From Mustelus asterias (Eukaryota), in the NCBI RefSeq assembly GCF_964213995.1, contig NC_135830.1, positions 9,858,001-9,922,000 on the forward strand: a stretch of 64,000 nt of DNA, read 5' to 3'. The translations under genes and the position numbers were made by a program. Shown here in pieces: positions 51,230 to 63,284 of this stretch. Position 1 is the stretch's first letter. Each line of letters starts with the position of its first letter. Under the pieces are notes generated by a model, which was given only the letters and a program-made list of their open reading frames with translations, was not told the DNA's origin and made no database searches.

Positions 51230-53280
51230 AAATATAGAAAATTCACTGAACAGCAGGAGGCCATTCAGCCCATCAGGTCTGTGCTGGCTGGAAAAGTACT
51301 GTCCAGTTTCACCCTACTTTCCAGCTCTTGATCTGTCCCTCTGTGTGTTACAGAATCTCAACTGCCTATCTGAGTTCCTGTTTAATGTGATGAGGGTTTC
51401 TGCCTCTCCCGTCCTTTCAGGCAGTGAGTTCCAGATCCCCATCACTCTCCGGGTGAAATGATTCCTCCACGAACCCTCCTAATTCTTCAATCCTTTATTC
51501 ACTAGATTTGAAAATTGAACAGATTGTAATTATATTAAAAAATCACCAACTGACTTCAGCTTTCTGCCACTTCAGCTTTCATCTGGTAACCAGAACTGTG
51601 CTCAGTACTCCAGCTTGCTCTAACTAGCATTTTATAAATATAAACAGACTATGCTGGGCAACCTCAGCAGGTCTGGCAGCATCTGTGGGGAGAAACAGAG
51701 TTAATCTTTTGGATCTAAATGATCCTTCGACAGAACGTTTTATGAACCGTTTTATAAACATAGAAAATAGGTGCAGGAGTCGGCTATTCGGCCTTTCGAG
51801 CCTTCACCACCATTCAATATGATCATGGCAGATCATGCACTTTCAGTATCACAGTCCCACTTTCTGTCCATACCCCTTGGTCCCTTTAGTCACAAGAGTC
51901 ACATCCAGCTCCCTTTTGAACATATTTAACAAACTGGCCCCAACAGCTTTCTGTGGGAGAGAATTCCGCAGGTTCACAACAAGAAGTTCTTCCTCATCTC
52001 AGTCTAAGATTGTAACCCCGAGTTCTGGACTTCCCCAATATCGGGAACATGTTGGGACAGCATCGAGCCTGTCCAGTCCCATCAGGGTTTTAAATGTTTC
52101 TATGAGATCCCCTCTCATTCTAAATTCCAGTGAGTAAAAGCCCAGTCGATCCAGTCTCTCTTCATCTGTCAGTCCTGCCATTCCAGGAATCAGTCTGGTG
52201 AACCTTAGCTGGACTCCCTCAATAGCAAGAATGTCCTTCCTCAGACTAGGAGACCAAAAATACACACAATACTCAAGGTGTGGCTTCACCAAGGCCCTGT
52301 ACAACTGAGCAAAACATCTTTACTCCCACACTCAAATCCTCTTGCTATGAAGGCCAGCATGCCATTAGCTTTCCTCACTGCCTGCTGTACCTGCATGCCA
52401 ACCTTCAGCAACTGTCCCACCATGACACCCAGGTCACGATGCACTTCCCCTTTTCCTAAACTGCCACCATTCAGATAATAATCTTTCTTCCTGTTTTTGC
52501 CACCAAAGTTGATAACCTCACATTTATCCACATTATATTGCATTTGCCAAGTATCTGCCCACTCAGCCTGTCCAAGCCACCCTGTAGCCTCTAAGGATCC
52601 TCCTCACAGCACACACTGCCACCCAGCTTAGTGTCGGCTGAAAATTGGAGATATTGCATTCAATTCCTTCATCCAAATCATTAATGTATATTATGAACAG
52701 CTGGGGTTGCAGCACTGAACCTGCCGGACCCACTCGTCACTGCTTCCCACTCTGAAAAGGATCCATTTATTCCCACTCTCTGCTTCAGTTTGAGCATAAT
52801 CTCCCTCCTCTTATATACTAGGCTTGGGCCAAATGTCTTCTTGACCACCTGATTGAGACACTTATCAGCCTTGATTGAATTGCAGAGCAGACTCAATGGG
52901 CTGAATGGCCTCATTCTGCTCCTACATATTATGGTCTTATGATATACCTGTCCAGCCTCCTTCACAGATGCCTGGATGTTGACTCCAGGTTCTCTCTGAT
53001 CCTCTATAATTCTCAGCATCATCCCTTTATTGTTCATTCCCTTGTCTTGTCTAATGTCCCAAATTCATTCTCTCTCACTGCTCCAGATCGAATTCCATGT
53101 GCCATTTTTCTGCCCATCTGACCAGCCCACTGATATCTTCCTGCAGTCCACGGCTTTCTTCTGGATTGTTAAACACAAATACAATTGTTGTATCATCTGC
53201 AAACTGAATCATGAGCCTTACATTTAAGTCTAAGTCATTGATGTATACCACAAAACTGTGGAACCTCACTGGTAACCAGA
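51230..53280 (-). mobile_element. Series of CR1 fragments inserted in the ZNF-9 3' region
   Basis: KPHLEYCVYFWSP, MQYNVDKCEVINFG and QFADDT remnants. Confidence 0.85.
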
Positions 53281-53286
53281 CACTAT

Positions 53287-54435
53287 TCAGTCCTGGGTGT
53301 GATTAACAGCAGCAATAACAGCAGAATCCAACCCCTGCTGTCGCCTGTGAACTTGCTGGTGTTTCAGCAGGTTGTTTGACTGAGCGAATCCCTTCCCACA
53401 CATGGAGCAGTTGAACGGCCTTTCCCCAGTGTGAACTCGCTGGTGTTTCAGCAGATTCTGTTTACTTTTAAATCTCTTCTCACAATCAGAACATTCAAAA
53501 GGTCTCTGATCAGTGTGAACAAGTTGGTGTGTAGTCAGGTGGGATGACTGAGTGAATCTCTTGCCGCACAGGAGGCAAGTGTAAGGTCTCTCTCCAGTGT
53601 GAACTCGCCGGTGTATCAGAAGGTCGGATGTATCAATGAATTCCTGACAACACACAGGGCAGGTGAACGGCCTCTCCCCAGTGTGAACTCGATGGTGTCT
53701 CAGAAGGTGAGCTAACCGAGTGAATCCCTTCCCACAGAGAGAGCAGGTGAATGGCCTCTCCCCAGTGTGAGTGTGCTGGTGTTTCAGAAGATCCTTTTTG
53801 CTTTTAAATGTTTTCTCACATTCAGAACAATTGAAAGGTCTCTGATCAGTGTGAACAAATCGATGTTTCAGAAGCTGGGATGAACAAGTGAATCCCTTCC
53901 CACACACGGAGCAGATGAACGGCCTCTCCCCAGTATGAGTGCGTTGGTGAATCAGTAAATCCTTTTTACTTTTAAAGTTCTTCTCGCAATCAGAACATTT
54001 AAATGGTCTCCGATCAGTGTGAACACTTTGGTGTGTCAGGAGGTGGGATGACTGAGTGAATCCCTTACCACACATGTTACAGATGAATGGCCTCTCCCCA
54101 GTGTGAGTGCGTTGGTGAATCAACAAATCCTTTCTGCTTTTAAAGCTCTTCCCACACTCACAACATTTAAACGGTCTCTGATCAGAGTGAACCTGGTGGT
54201 GAGTCCGGAGGTTTGATAAAGCATTAAATCCCTTCCCACATTGAAGACAGGTGAATGGCCTCTCACCAGTATGGACATGCTGGTGTGTGTACAGGCTGGA
54301 TGACTGAGTGAATCCCTTCCCACACACACAGCAGGTGAATGGTCTCTCCCCAGTGTGAATACGTCGATGGGTTTCCAATTCAGATGGGTAATTGAATCCC
54401 GTCCCACAGTCCGCACATTTCCACGGTTTCTCCAT
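53287..54435 (-). CDS. C2H2 zinc-finger protein ZNF-9, 13 fingers plus C-terminal tail RRQQGLDSAVIAAVNHTQD
   Basis: atcATGg MEKPWKCADCGTGFNYPSELETH; acceptor at 54904. Confidence 0.92.
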   Translation of the reverse strand: MEKPWKCADCGTGFNYPSELETHRRIHTGERPFTCCVCGKGFTQSSSLYTHQHVHTGERPFTCLQCGKGFNALSNLRTHHQVHSDQRPFKCCECGKSFKSRKDLLIHQRTHTGERPFICNMCGKGFTQSSHLLTHQSVHTDRRPFKCSDCEKNFKSKKDLLIHQRTHTGERPFICSVCGKGFTCSSQLLKHRFVHTDQRPFNCSECEKTFKSKKDLLKHQHTHTGERPFTCSLCGKGFTRLAHLLRHHRVHTGERPFTCPVCCQEFIDTSDLLIHRRVHTGERPYTCLLCGKRFTQSSHLTTHQLVHTDQRPFECSDCEKRFKSKQNLLKHQRVHTGERPFNCSMCGKGFAQSNNLLKHQQVHRRQQGLDSAVIAAVNHTQD

Positions 54436-54436
54436 G

Positions 54437-54561
54437 ATTATTGACAGGCTATCGGGTGTAGGCGGGATGCAGATTTGAGCTCACTATCAGATCAGCCATG
54501 ATGTTATTAAATGGCGGAACTGGCCCGTGGGGCCGAATGGCCTATTGCTGCTCCTTGTTCA
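54437..54561 (+). mobile_element. CR1 3' UTR fragment inserted at the ZNF-9 start codon
   Basis: agatcagccatgat..ggccgaatggcct..ctgctcct motifs; CATG duplicated at 54433-54436 and 54562-54565. Confidence 0.8.
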
Positions 54562-55529
54562 CATGGTGCCGGTGTCCTCCTGTCTCTCCAGGTTATATAA
54601 TCAGTTGAAACCAGGTCCACACAGAGAACACGAGTACGGTGTCTACCTGATGTAAATGTGCTATTTCTTTTCACGCTGTGTGACTGGTTAAAGCTCTGTT
54701 CCAGCTGACTGTGGAAAAATAACTGAGATGTCTGTGTCTCGGGGCTTTTCCAGTCACACTGATGTTGAATAATTTCCCAAAGACAAAATAGGCAAACGTT
54801 TCTCCTTCCACATTCATAGGCCTTTGAAATTCAGATCCTGAAGAACCATGTGACACTGTCAGATCCCGAGACGTTTGGTTTGAATCGCCCGTCTGCAGAT
54901 ATTCTGGAAAAGGAGTTTACATTGAATTACTTTGAATATACAAGACACAAACAAGCCATTCAGTTTAATTCTTTATACTTGACACATCTTCTCCTGTCCC
55001 ATAGACCTAATCTCAGCCTTTCAGTTGATTTTTCTATTTCTTTTTCTCTCGTGTGTTTCTCCCATTTCCTTTTGAAACAATCTCAGCACTTTCCTCAACT
55101 CATTTCTATGGTGTTTCTAAACCTGTGAGTGAAGACGTTTGTCCTCATTGCCTTCTTGGATTTATTAGTAACTGTCTGGTATTTATGACTCTTTGTTTAT
55201 TGATCGTTCCTTCTTTTAGACTCTGTCACGAGTGGAAACATTCTCTCTACATTTCCCCTGTCCAAGCCACTAATAATTTTAAAGACTTCTATCAGGTCAC
55301 TGCTCCATAGGAAAAACCTTCAATCCATTTAATCTTTCCTGAAAGCTGTAATCTCTGTTGACAAACATCATCACAGTCAATGCAGAATAGAAATCACAGA
55401 GAGACAAACATTCCTCTTGGAGTTGAGTTTTCTGTGTGCAAATCGTCAATTTGTAACAATGTGTAAAAGCAGTTTTCAAACATCTTTCAGTGTCAATCCA
55501 CAATAGAAATGCTGAACAGACAATTCACT

Positions 55530-55940
55530 TTCCTCCACTCCCAGTTTTCTCCCTCCCTCCTCTGTCTGGGTTCAGTTCTCCAGCTCCTGTCTGCAGACTA
55601 ACAATAAAACCAATGGGTCTGATTGGGGGGTTTGCAGCCTCCAGCGGGTGTTTGTGAATCCTCCCCGCCCACCTCCCAGGGTTTCCTTCCTTTCCAGAGA
55701 TCAGAGTCCTCATTGATTTGAGGCCAAAGTGTAACCTCTTATTTATTGTCCCCCTCCCCCATCCTCTGATGTGAACCATCCTCCAGTGGCTGAGCCAGGA
55801 TGGGGCCGTTAACCTGGGCCTGTTCCCGGGAGGGAGGGAGGGAGAAGCCCCGCAGCTGCAAACCAGGGAGCTGACAATGATTCTGAAGGGTTTGCGGATC
55901 CACAAATTGTTTCCAAATCCTCCCCAATGTCCAGCCACCT
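55530..55940 (-). repeat. Second copy of the ~400-bp 5'/intron-1 block
   Basis: Nearly identical to 9180-9580. Confidence 0.9.
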
Positions 55941-56136
55941 GCTGTCCCTGCGGTAAAGCCAGGGCCTGTTTCCTGGGCCAGAAGTTGGTGCTGTTTCCAG
56001 TACAGCCGTGGTTTCCATTCCTATCCTGTGCTCACAAACTCCTCCCGAACCCTCCCCAGCACCATGACTGACACTGAGCATGCTCAGAGCGTGCACCCAC
56101 ACCACCTGATGTGGAGATGCCGGTGTTGGACTGGGT

Positions 56137-56180
56137 GAGTCACCTGATGAAGGGGCGGCGCTCCGAAAGCTCCTGATTCC
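56137..56180 (+). ncRNA. Minimal hammerhead ribozyme motif in a short Penelope terminus (56107-56228)
   Basis: CTGATGA (56144) - A - GGGGC/GCTCC stem II - GAAA (56165) - GCTC, with gagtca/tgattc stem I. Confidence 0.65.
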
Positions 56181-56229
56181 AAATAAACCTGTTAGATGTG
56201 AACCTGGTGTTGTGACTTCTTACTGTGCA

Positions 56230-56910
56230 CACCACACCTGCGCAGTGCGTTCCCAGGCTCCCCAGCGCTTTATCATCTTTGCGCATGCTCCACTCCCAGC
56301 CTGGGCCCGCCCCTCATTCACTCCGATTCGTTGGAGGACCAGCCGCTCCCGCTCGGTCCTCCAGCCCCGCCCCTATTCACTCCGATTGGTTGGAGGATCA
56401 ACCGCTCCCGCTCCGTCCTCCAGCCCCGCCCCCTCTTCCTATTGGTCCGGAGCTGCCGTCAATCAGTCCCCGGGCATTGTGATGTGGAGCATGCGCAGTG
56501 CCTGCGGCAGACGGTAAGGCGCTCGAGCGAGCAGGTTTTAAATGGAGATTTTTACAAAGATCCAGTGCGGATCCAGAGCCCAAAATAAAATTGGAAACAT
56601 AAATGGAGTTGGCGGGTGGATGGTGAGGCTTTATAAACACCCGGTGTCGGCCACAAACCCTCAATTTGCAAAGCAAATTCCTCGGGCCTTCCGAAGGCTT
56701 CAGACCCGAGTTCACATCCGCCATCTTTAGAGGGAACCAAGTATTGCAAAGCGCATGCGCATCCGCCATCTTTGTTGAGGTAAATTGGAATAACGCATGC
56801 GCAGCCACCATACTTCTTGAGGGTGAAACCAAATGAATAACCCACTGGAGACAAAAAAAATCAGACAGTTTGTTATAAAATCAATGTGTTGTTGTAAAAC
56901 CGGAAGTTAG
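56230..56910. promoter_or_regulatory. Bidirectional promoter between ZNF-9 (minus) and ZNF-10 (plus)
   Basis: Two ~60-bp units with ATTGG, GC box and palindrome (56333-56362); NRF1-like gcgcatgcgc ~56751 and ~56795; YY1-like ccgccatctt ~56718 and ~56763; ETS ccggaagt ~56900; GTAAGG donor ~56514. Confidence 0.8.
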
Positions 56911-56959
56911 GGTTACAGCCAACAACAACTTCTATTTATATAACACCATTAATATCAGG

Positions 56960-57770
56960 GTGGTTAGCACTGCTGCCTCACAGCTCCAGGGACTCAGGTT
57001 CGATTCCAGCCTTAGGTCACTGTCTGTGCAGAGTTTGCACGTTATCCCTGTGACTGTGGGTTTCCTCTGGATGCTCTGGTTTTCTCCCACCGTCCAAAGA
57101 TGTGATGCTTAGGGGAATATATTGCCCCTTCGTGTACAAAGATGTGCAGGTAAGGTGGGTTAGAGGTATAGATCAGGGGTAAAATATTCAGAGTTGGTCC
57201 AGACTTGATGGGCCAAATGGTTTCCTTCTGCATGGTCGGAATTCTTTGAGAAGTCATCCTTGTGCAGTGAAGGTCTCGTCACTAATGGTGGAGTGATTAA
57301 AAAATGGAATGTGTAGGAAGCCAGAATCAGAGCAGTACGAGAGGTGATTCCAGAGATGGGGAGGAACAGGCCTTGGAGTGATTTGTATAAATTAGTTGTA
57401 AGGATGCATGAAAAAATGCAACATTTCATTTGGATCTCATAGAATCCTACAGTGCAGAAGGAGGCCATTGGGCCCATCGAATCTGCATTGACCACAATCC
57501 CACCCAGGCCCTATCACCGTTACCCCATGCATTTACCCTAGCGAGACCCCCCCCTCCCCCGCAACACTCAGGGTTAATTTAGCATTGCCAATCTACTTAA
57601 TCCACACCTGTTTGGACTGTGGGAGGAAACTGGTGCACCCGGAGGAAACTAATGCAGAAACAGGGAGAACCTGCAAACTCCACACAGACAGTGAACCAAG
57701 CTGGGAATCAAACTCGGGTTCCTGGTGCTGTGAGGTAGCAGTGCTAACCACTGTCCCACCGTGCCGCCCT
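56960..57770. mobile_element. Two HE1-like SINEs, tail to tail (56960-57250 plus; 57437-57770 minus)
   Basis: tRNA heads and V cores on opposite strands. Confidence 0.8.
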
Positions 57771-58242
57771 CAGCTCAGGGAGGAGGGGAGAGGGAGAGCT
57801 CAGGGAGGAGGGAGACATAGATTTACTGTTTTGGGGAACCAGACCAGAAAAGTTGTTCCTTAGAAATTAGACTTGTCTGATCAGAATTCTATCCTGGACT
57901 GACAGTAGTTTTGTAAACTCCTTTTGCAGGATATTTGAAGGGGAAAATTTACAGTCAGCAAAATGGAATCAAGTTTCACACCAAGATTTAACAGTTGCTC
58001 AATTCACCAGCACCTGAACACTATCAGCCTTTGAATGTGGAGTGTGGGGAAATATTTCAAACTTCAGTGTGACTGGAAAAGCACCGAGAGAGAGACACAC
58101 CCGAGTGAGAGTTTTCCAGTGAACTGACTGTGGAAAGAGCTTTAACCAGTTACACAGCCTGAAAAAACATCACACCATTCACAGCAATGTGAATCTGTGC
58201 ATGTGTTCATTGTGTGGATGAGGCTTCAACTAATCACCCAAT

Positions 58243-58776
58243 ATGGAGAGACATGATGATATTGACACCATAGAAAAAACGTGGATATGTGTGGACTGTG
58301 GGAAAGCATTCACTTGCCCATCCAAACTGGAAACTCATCGACGCACCCACACTGGGGAGAGGCCCTTCACCTGCCCCGTGTGTTGGAAGGAATTTACTCA
58401 ATCATCCTGCCTAACATTACACCAGCGAGTTCACACTGGAGAGAGACCGTACACTTGCTCTGTGTGTGGGAAGGGATTCGTCCAGATGTATAACCTACAA
58501 TTACACCGGAGAATTCATACTGGGGAGAGGCCGTTCACCTGCTCCGTGTGTGGAAAGCGATTCATTAATTCATCCAACCTCGTGACACACCAGAGAGTTC
58601 ACACTGAGGAGAGGCCGTTCAGCTGCACTGACTGTGGAAAGAGCTTCAGACATTCATCCAGCCTCAAAGCACATCAGCGACTTCACACTGGGGAGAGACC
58701 ATTCACCTGCTCAGAGTGTGGGAAGGGATTCACTACCTCCTCCCACCTGGTGACACACCAGCGACTTCACGAGTGA
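58243..58776 (+). CDS. C2H2 zinc-finger protein ZNF-10, 6 fingers
   Basis: aatATGg start; [19 protein letters not shown] first finger; acceptor at 57929. Confidence 0.85.
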   Translation: MERHDDIDTIEKTWICVDCGKAFTCPSKLETHRRTHTGERPFTCPVCWKEFTQSSCLTLHQRVHTGERPYTCSVCGKGFVQMYNLQLHRRIHTGERPFTCSVCGKRFINSSNLVTHQRVHTEERPFSCTDCGKSFRHSSSLKAHQRLHTGERPFTCSECGKGFTTSSHLVTHQRLHE

Positions 58777-60184
58777 GTGCAGGGAGTGGATTCTGCTGTA
58801 CTTGCTGCTGTTAATCATCCAGGAGTGAGCCACATTCATTGACATTTGAGGTTTGTTTCTGCTGATGTTAATAATCCCTGTAGGTGGGCTGCAGGTTAAT
58901 ATTCTCAATCTAGAGCTGAGTGTGTTTTTGGGGTTGCAGTTTCCCTTTAAGAACCACTGTCTGTGATCTTTCCCCATCATTCAGGAATTCTCATCACAGA
59001 TTCTTTACAGTACAGAAAGAGGCCATTCAGCCCATCAAGTCTGCACTGGCTCACTGAAAGAGCTTAATCCCATTCCCCTGCCATACCCCTGTAACCTTGC
59101 ACACTCTTTCTTTTCAGATAACAATCCAATTCTCTTTTGAGTACCTTGATCAAACCTGCCTCCACTGCTCTCACAGGAAGTTTATTCCAGACTCCAACCA
59201 CCCACTAGGTGAAAATAATTTTCCTCACATCAGTTTGACTCTGTTTTCCCCATTAAGGTAGGTCTGTGCCCTCTAGTTCTTGACGTTCTCTTGGTGGGAA
59301 CATTTTCTCACTATTTCACCTGCCCAACTCCTCAGGATCTTGAATACCTGTATCAATCTCCTCTCGACCATCTTCAATCAGACAATTAACATTTATTTCT
59401 TCAGATGTTAATCTCTACCTGACCTGGAACTTAATATTCTGACATCTGTTAAATAAATCAGCTTTGTTTCAAACACACGGTGTGTTAAATCCTTGATTTC
59501 TCAGGATAGGAGATTAATTGATGTCCTGCTACTGACTGTTCTGTTTTTTGGATCTTTTCTCCTTTCTAACTCTAGATTATTTCAGTCTCAGACCTTCAGT
59601 TACACTCATTTTTTAAAATTTGATTTATTATTGTCACAAGTATTAGCATAAAGTGAAAAGTATTGTTTCTCATCATGGACAAGTCCCAGCTCCCGATACC
59701 TTTCAGAGTGTCTCTCCCAGCCTTGAGATCCAGGGAAGTTTTCAAGATTTAAAAACACAAAATACTGGAAATTATAATCCATACTTTTCCAAGTATCAGT
59801 TGATTGTGTCCCAGATTATTGGCTTTTCCCCACCGCTGATGTTAAGCTGATTGTTCTGTAATTGCTGTGTTTTTGAACAGGGATGTAACATTTACACACT
59901 CTGTCCTTTGTCACCACGACTCGATAAGGATTGGAAGGTTCTGGCCAGTGCGCCACAAGCTCCATGTGAAGGACAGTGTGTGTCAGAGTGCAGCAGTCCC
60001 TCAATGTCAGACTGCAGTGTCAGCCTAGATAATGTGCTCAGCTTGATGAGTATTTCCTGTTGTTATTGATGTGGATCATTCAGAAACAATGGACTCTGAT
60101 GATGTCATCCAGTCCTGCTGTGATGATGTCATAGAGACTATTACATCACAGCAGAGCCTGAGTAGTGAAAACAGTTTTGTTCCA

Positions 60185-61125
60185 GGTGGGAGGTGATGGC
60201 CCAATGGTATTATCCCTAGACTTAATCCATAAGCTCCGCTAATGTTCTGGGGACCGGGTTCAAATCCCACCACAGCAAGTGGTGTAATTTGAACAAAGAA
60301 CAAGAAAAAAGAAAATTATAGCACAGGAACAGGCCCTTTGGCCCTCCAAGCCTGCACTGATTATGCTGCCCGTCTGAACTAAAAAGGCCTCCGGGGACCA
60401 TATCCCTCTATTCCCATCTTATTCATGCATTTGTCCAGGTGTCCCTTAAAGGTCACTATCATATCTGCTTCCACTACCTCCCCCGGCAGCGAGTTCCAGG
60501 CACCTGCCACTCTTTGTAAAAAAAAACTTGCCTCGTACATTTAATTCAATAAAAATAATTGAATTCAATTTAAAAAATCAGAATTAAGAATCTACTGCTG
60601 ACCATGAAACCATTGTCAATTGTCAGAAAAAAACCATTTGGTTCAGTAAAGCAAAAAGTAAAGTTTATTTATTAGTCACAAGTAGGCTTACATTAACAGT
60701 GCAGTGAAGTTACTGTGAAATTCCCCTGGTTGCCACACTCCAGTATTTGTTCGAGTCAATACACCGAACCAGCATGTCTTTCAGACTGTGGGAGGAAACT
60801 GGAGCACCCGGAGGAAACCCATGCAGACACGCAGAGAACGTGCAAACTCCACACAGACAGTGACCCAAGCCGGGAATCGAACCCGGGTCCCTGGCGCTGT
60901 GAGGCAACAGTGTTAACCACTGTGCCACCCCATGAATGTCTGTTTGGGGAAGGAAACCTGCTGTCCTTACCTGGTCTGGCCGACATGTGACTCCAGAGCC
61001 ATAGCATTGTGGCTGACTGTCAACTGCCCTCTGAAATGGCCTAGTGAGCCACTCAGTTCGATGGTAACTGGGGATGGGCAATAAATGCTGGCCATGCAGT
61101 GACGCCCATGTCCCACAAATGCATA
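60185..61125 (+). mobile_element. SacSINE1-like SINE split by a CR1 tail (60295-60540, minus) and an HE1-related SINE (60655-60932, minus)
   Basis: Three collinear pieces match 23175-23510. Confidence 0.75.
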
Positions 61126-61326
61126 AAAAATCCTCACAGTTTAAATTCACACAGACATTCTGTCTCCTTTTCTAATTACCACTCACTTCACCCGTTTAAA
61201 AAAAATCAGAAATTACCCACAAAAAATATTTTAATTTCTCAGATTTTCTTGACATATCAGTAGAAATGGACGTCAATGAACATAGTTCATTCCTGGATGT
61301 GATTTACAGTAAAATCCAGTCACTGA

Positions 61327-62280
61327 TTATTTGTGAACTCGCTGGTGACTCATCAGGGTGGATGAGCGAGTGAATCTCTTCCCACACTGAGAGCAGGTGA
61401 ATGGTCTCTCCCCAGTGTGAACTCGCTGGTGTCTCTGCAGGGTGGCTGATTGAGTGAATCCTTTCTCACACTGCAAACAGATGAACGGCTTCTCCCCAGT
61501 GTGAACCCGCTGGTGTGCAGTCAGTTGACATAATTGTCTCAACCCAGTTCCGCAGTGAGAGCACCTGAACGGTCTCTCGTCAGTGTGAACAAGCTGATGG
61601 CGCATCAGGTCCACAGAACCTTTATAGCATTTCTCACAGTCAGCACATTTAAAAGGTCTCTCCCATGTGTGAACTCGATGGTGTTGTAGAAGCCCTGATG
61701 ATCGAGTGAATCTCTTCCCACATTTGAAACAGATGAACGCCTTCTCCCCAGTGTGAATTCGCTGATGTGCAGTGAGTTCAGATGATTGTCTGAACCCAGT
61801 CTCACAGTGAGAGCATCTGAAGGGTCTCTCCTCAGTGTGAACATGCTGATGTCGCATTAGGTTCTGAGAACTTTTATAGCACTTCCCACAGTCCAGGCAT
61901 TTAAATGGTCTCTCATCAGTGTGAACTTGCTGATGTTTCAGCAGAGTGGATGAATCAGTAAATCCCTTCCCACACTTGGAGCAGGTGAATGGCCTCTCCC
62001 CAGTGTGAACTCGGTGGTGTTGTTGCAGCCCAGATGATCGAGTGAATCCCTTCCCACACTCGGGACAGGTGAATGGCTTCTGCCCATTATGAACACGCTG
62101 GTGCCTCAACAGGTTGGATGACCAAGTGAATCCCTTCCCACACTCAGGGCAGGTGAATGGCCTCTCCCCAGCGTGACAGGGCTGATGAGTTTCCAGCTCA
62201 GACGGGGATCTGAATCCCTGCTCACAGTCCCCAGATTTCCACGGTTTATCTACACTGTGAACATTGCTGTTTTCTTGCAT
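61327..62280 (-). CDS. C2H2 zinc-finger protein ZNF-11, 10 intact fingers plus 1 degenerate
   Basis: [26 protein letters not shown]; acceptor at 62361. Confidence 0.9.
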   Translation of the reverse strand: MQENSNVHSVDKPWKSGDCEQGFRSPSELETHQPCHAGERPFTCPECGKGFTWSSNLLRHQRVHNGQKPFTCPECGKGFTRSSGLQQHHRVHTGERPFTCSKCGKGFTDSSTLLKHQQVHTDERPFKCLDCGKCYKSSQNLMRHQHVHTEERPFRCSHCETGFRQSSELTAHQRIHTGEKAFICFKCGKRFTRSSGLLQHHRVHTWERPFKCADCEKCYKGSVDLMRHQLVHTDERPFRCSHCGTGLRQLCQLTAHQRVHTGEKPFICLQCEKGFTQSATLQRHQRVHTGERPFTCSQCGKRFTRSSTLMSHQRVHK

Positions 62281-62778
62281 GTTAAAAACCCGATGATATT
62301 CAGATCCTGATGTGATGTTTGGTTTGTTTCCCTGACTGCAAATCTTCCCCTTCTAATGCCCTGTGAAACTGATTTAAAACAGAAAAAAGGGAGTGAGAGA
62401 GAACTCTCAAAAACAGAAATGCAGATTGTTAAATTGAGCTGCTTTTAGCGCCAATTTCCCACCCCCTCCCCGAATCCTTTGATTCCCTGAAAAAGCTCTC
62501 CAGCTCTGGGCTAGAATTTTCCTCCATTTTAATCCTGGGAAAACTGCAGTTATTGTCACCGCTCTCTGCTACAAATTCTACCCATTGACTCCATCCCTCT
62601 CCTCGGAAACTGTCTGAGACTGAGCCACAACCAGAGCAAAATATTTCACCCAACCTGAGAATCTGACCACAAATCCACATCATTACCAAGACCAGTTCCA
62701 CCTCAGTAACATCACCCAACTCCAGTCTACTCTCAGTTCATCTGCGGCTGAAACCATCACCCATTCCTTTGTTTTGTT

Positions 62779-63281
62779 TTGATTTGATTTATTATTGTCA
62801 CATGTATTAACATACAGTGAAAAGTATTGTTTCCTGCGCGCTATACAGACAAAGCATACCGTTCATAGAGAAGGAAATGAGACTGTAGTGCTACAGTCAT
62901 AGCTAGGGTGTCGAGAAAGATCAACTTAATGCAACGTAGGTCCATTCAAAAGTCTGATGGCAGCAGGGAAGAAGCTGTCCTTGAGTCGGTCGGTACGTGA
63001 CCTCAGACTTTTGTATCTTTTTCCTGACGGAAGAAGGTGAAAGACAGAATGTCCGGGGTGTGTGGGGTCCTTGATTATGCCGGCTGCTTTAGCAAGGCAG
63101 CAGGAAATGTAGACAGAGTCAATGGATGGGAGGCTGGTTTGAGTGATGGATTGGGCTACATTCACGACCTTCTGTAGTTCTTTGCGGTCTTGGGCAGAGC
63201 AGGAGCCATACCAAGCTGATGCTAATGCTTTCTATGGTGCTTCTGTAAAAGTTGGAGAGAGTCATAGCTAACATGCCAAAT
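62779..63281 (-). mobile_element. Rex1/Babar-like LINE 3' end
   Basis: LLPSGKRYKSLRSRTDRLKDSFFPAAIRLLN; (aatca)n tail. Confidence 0.85.
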
Positions 63282-63284
63282 TTC

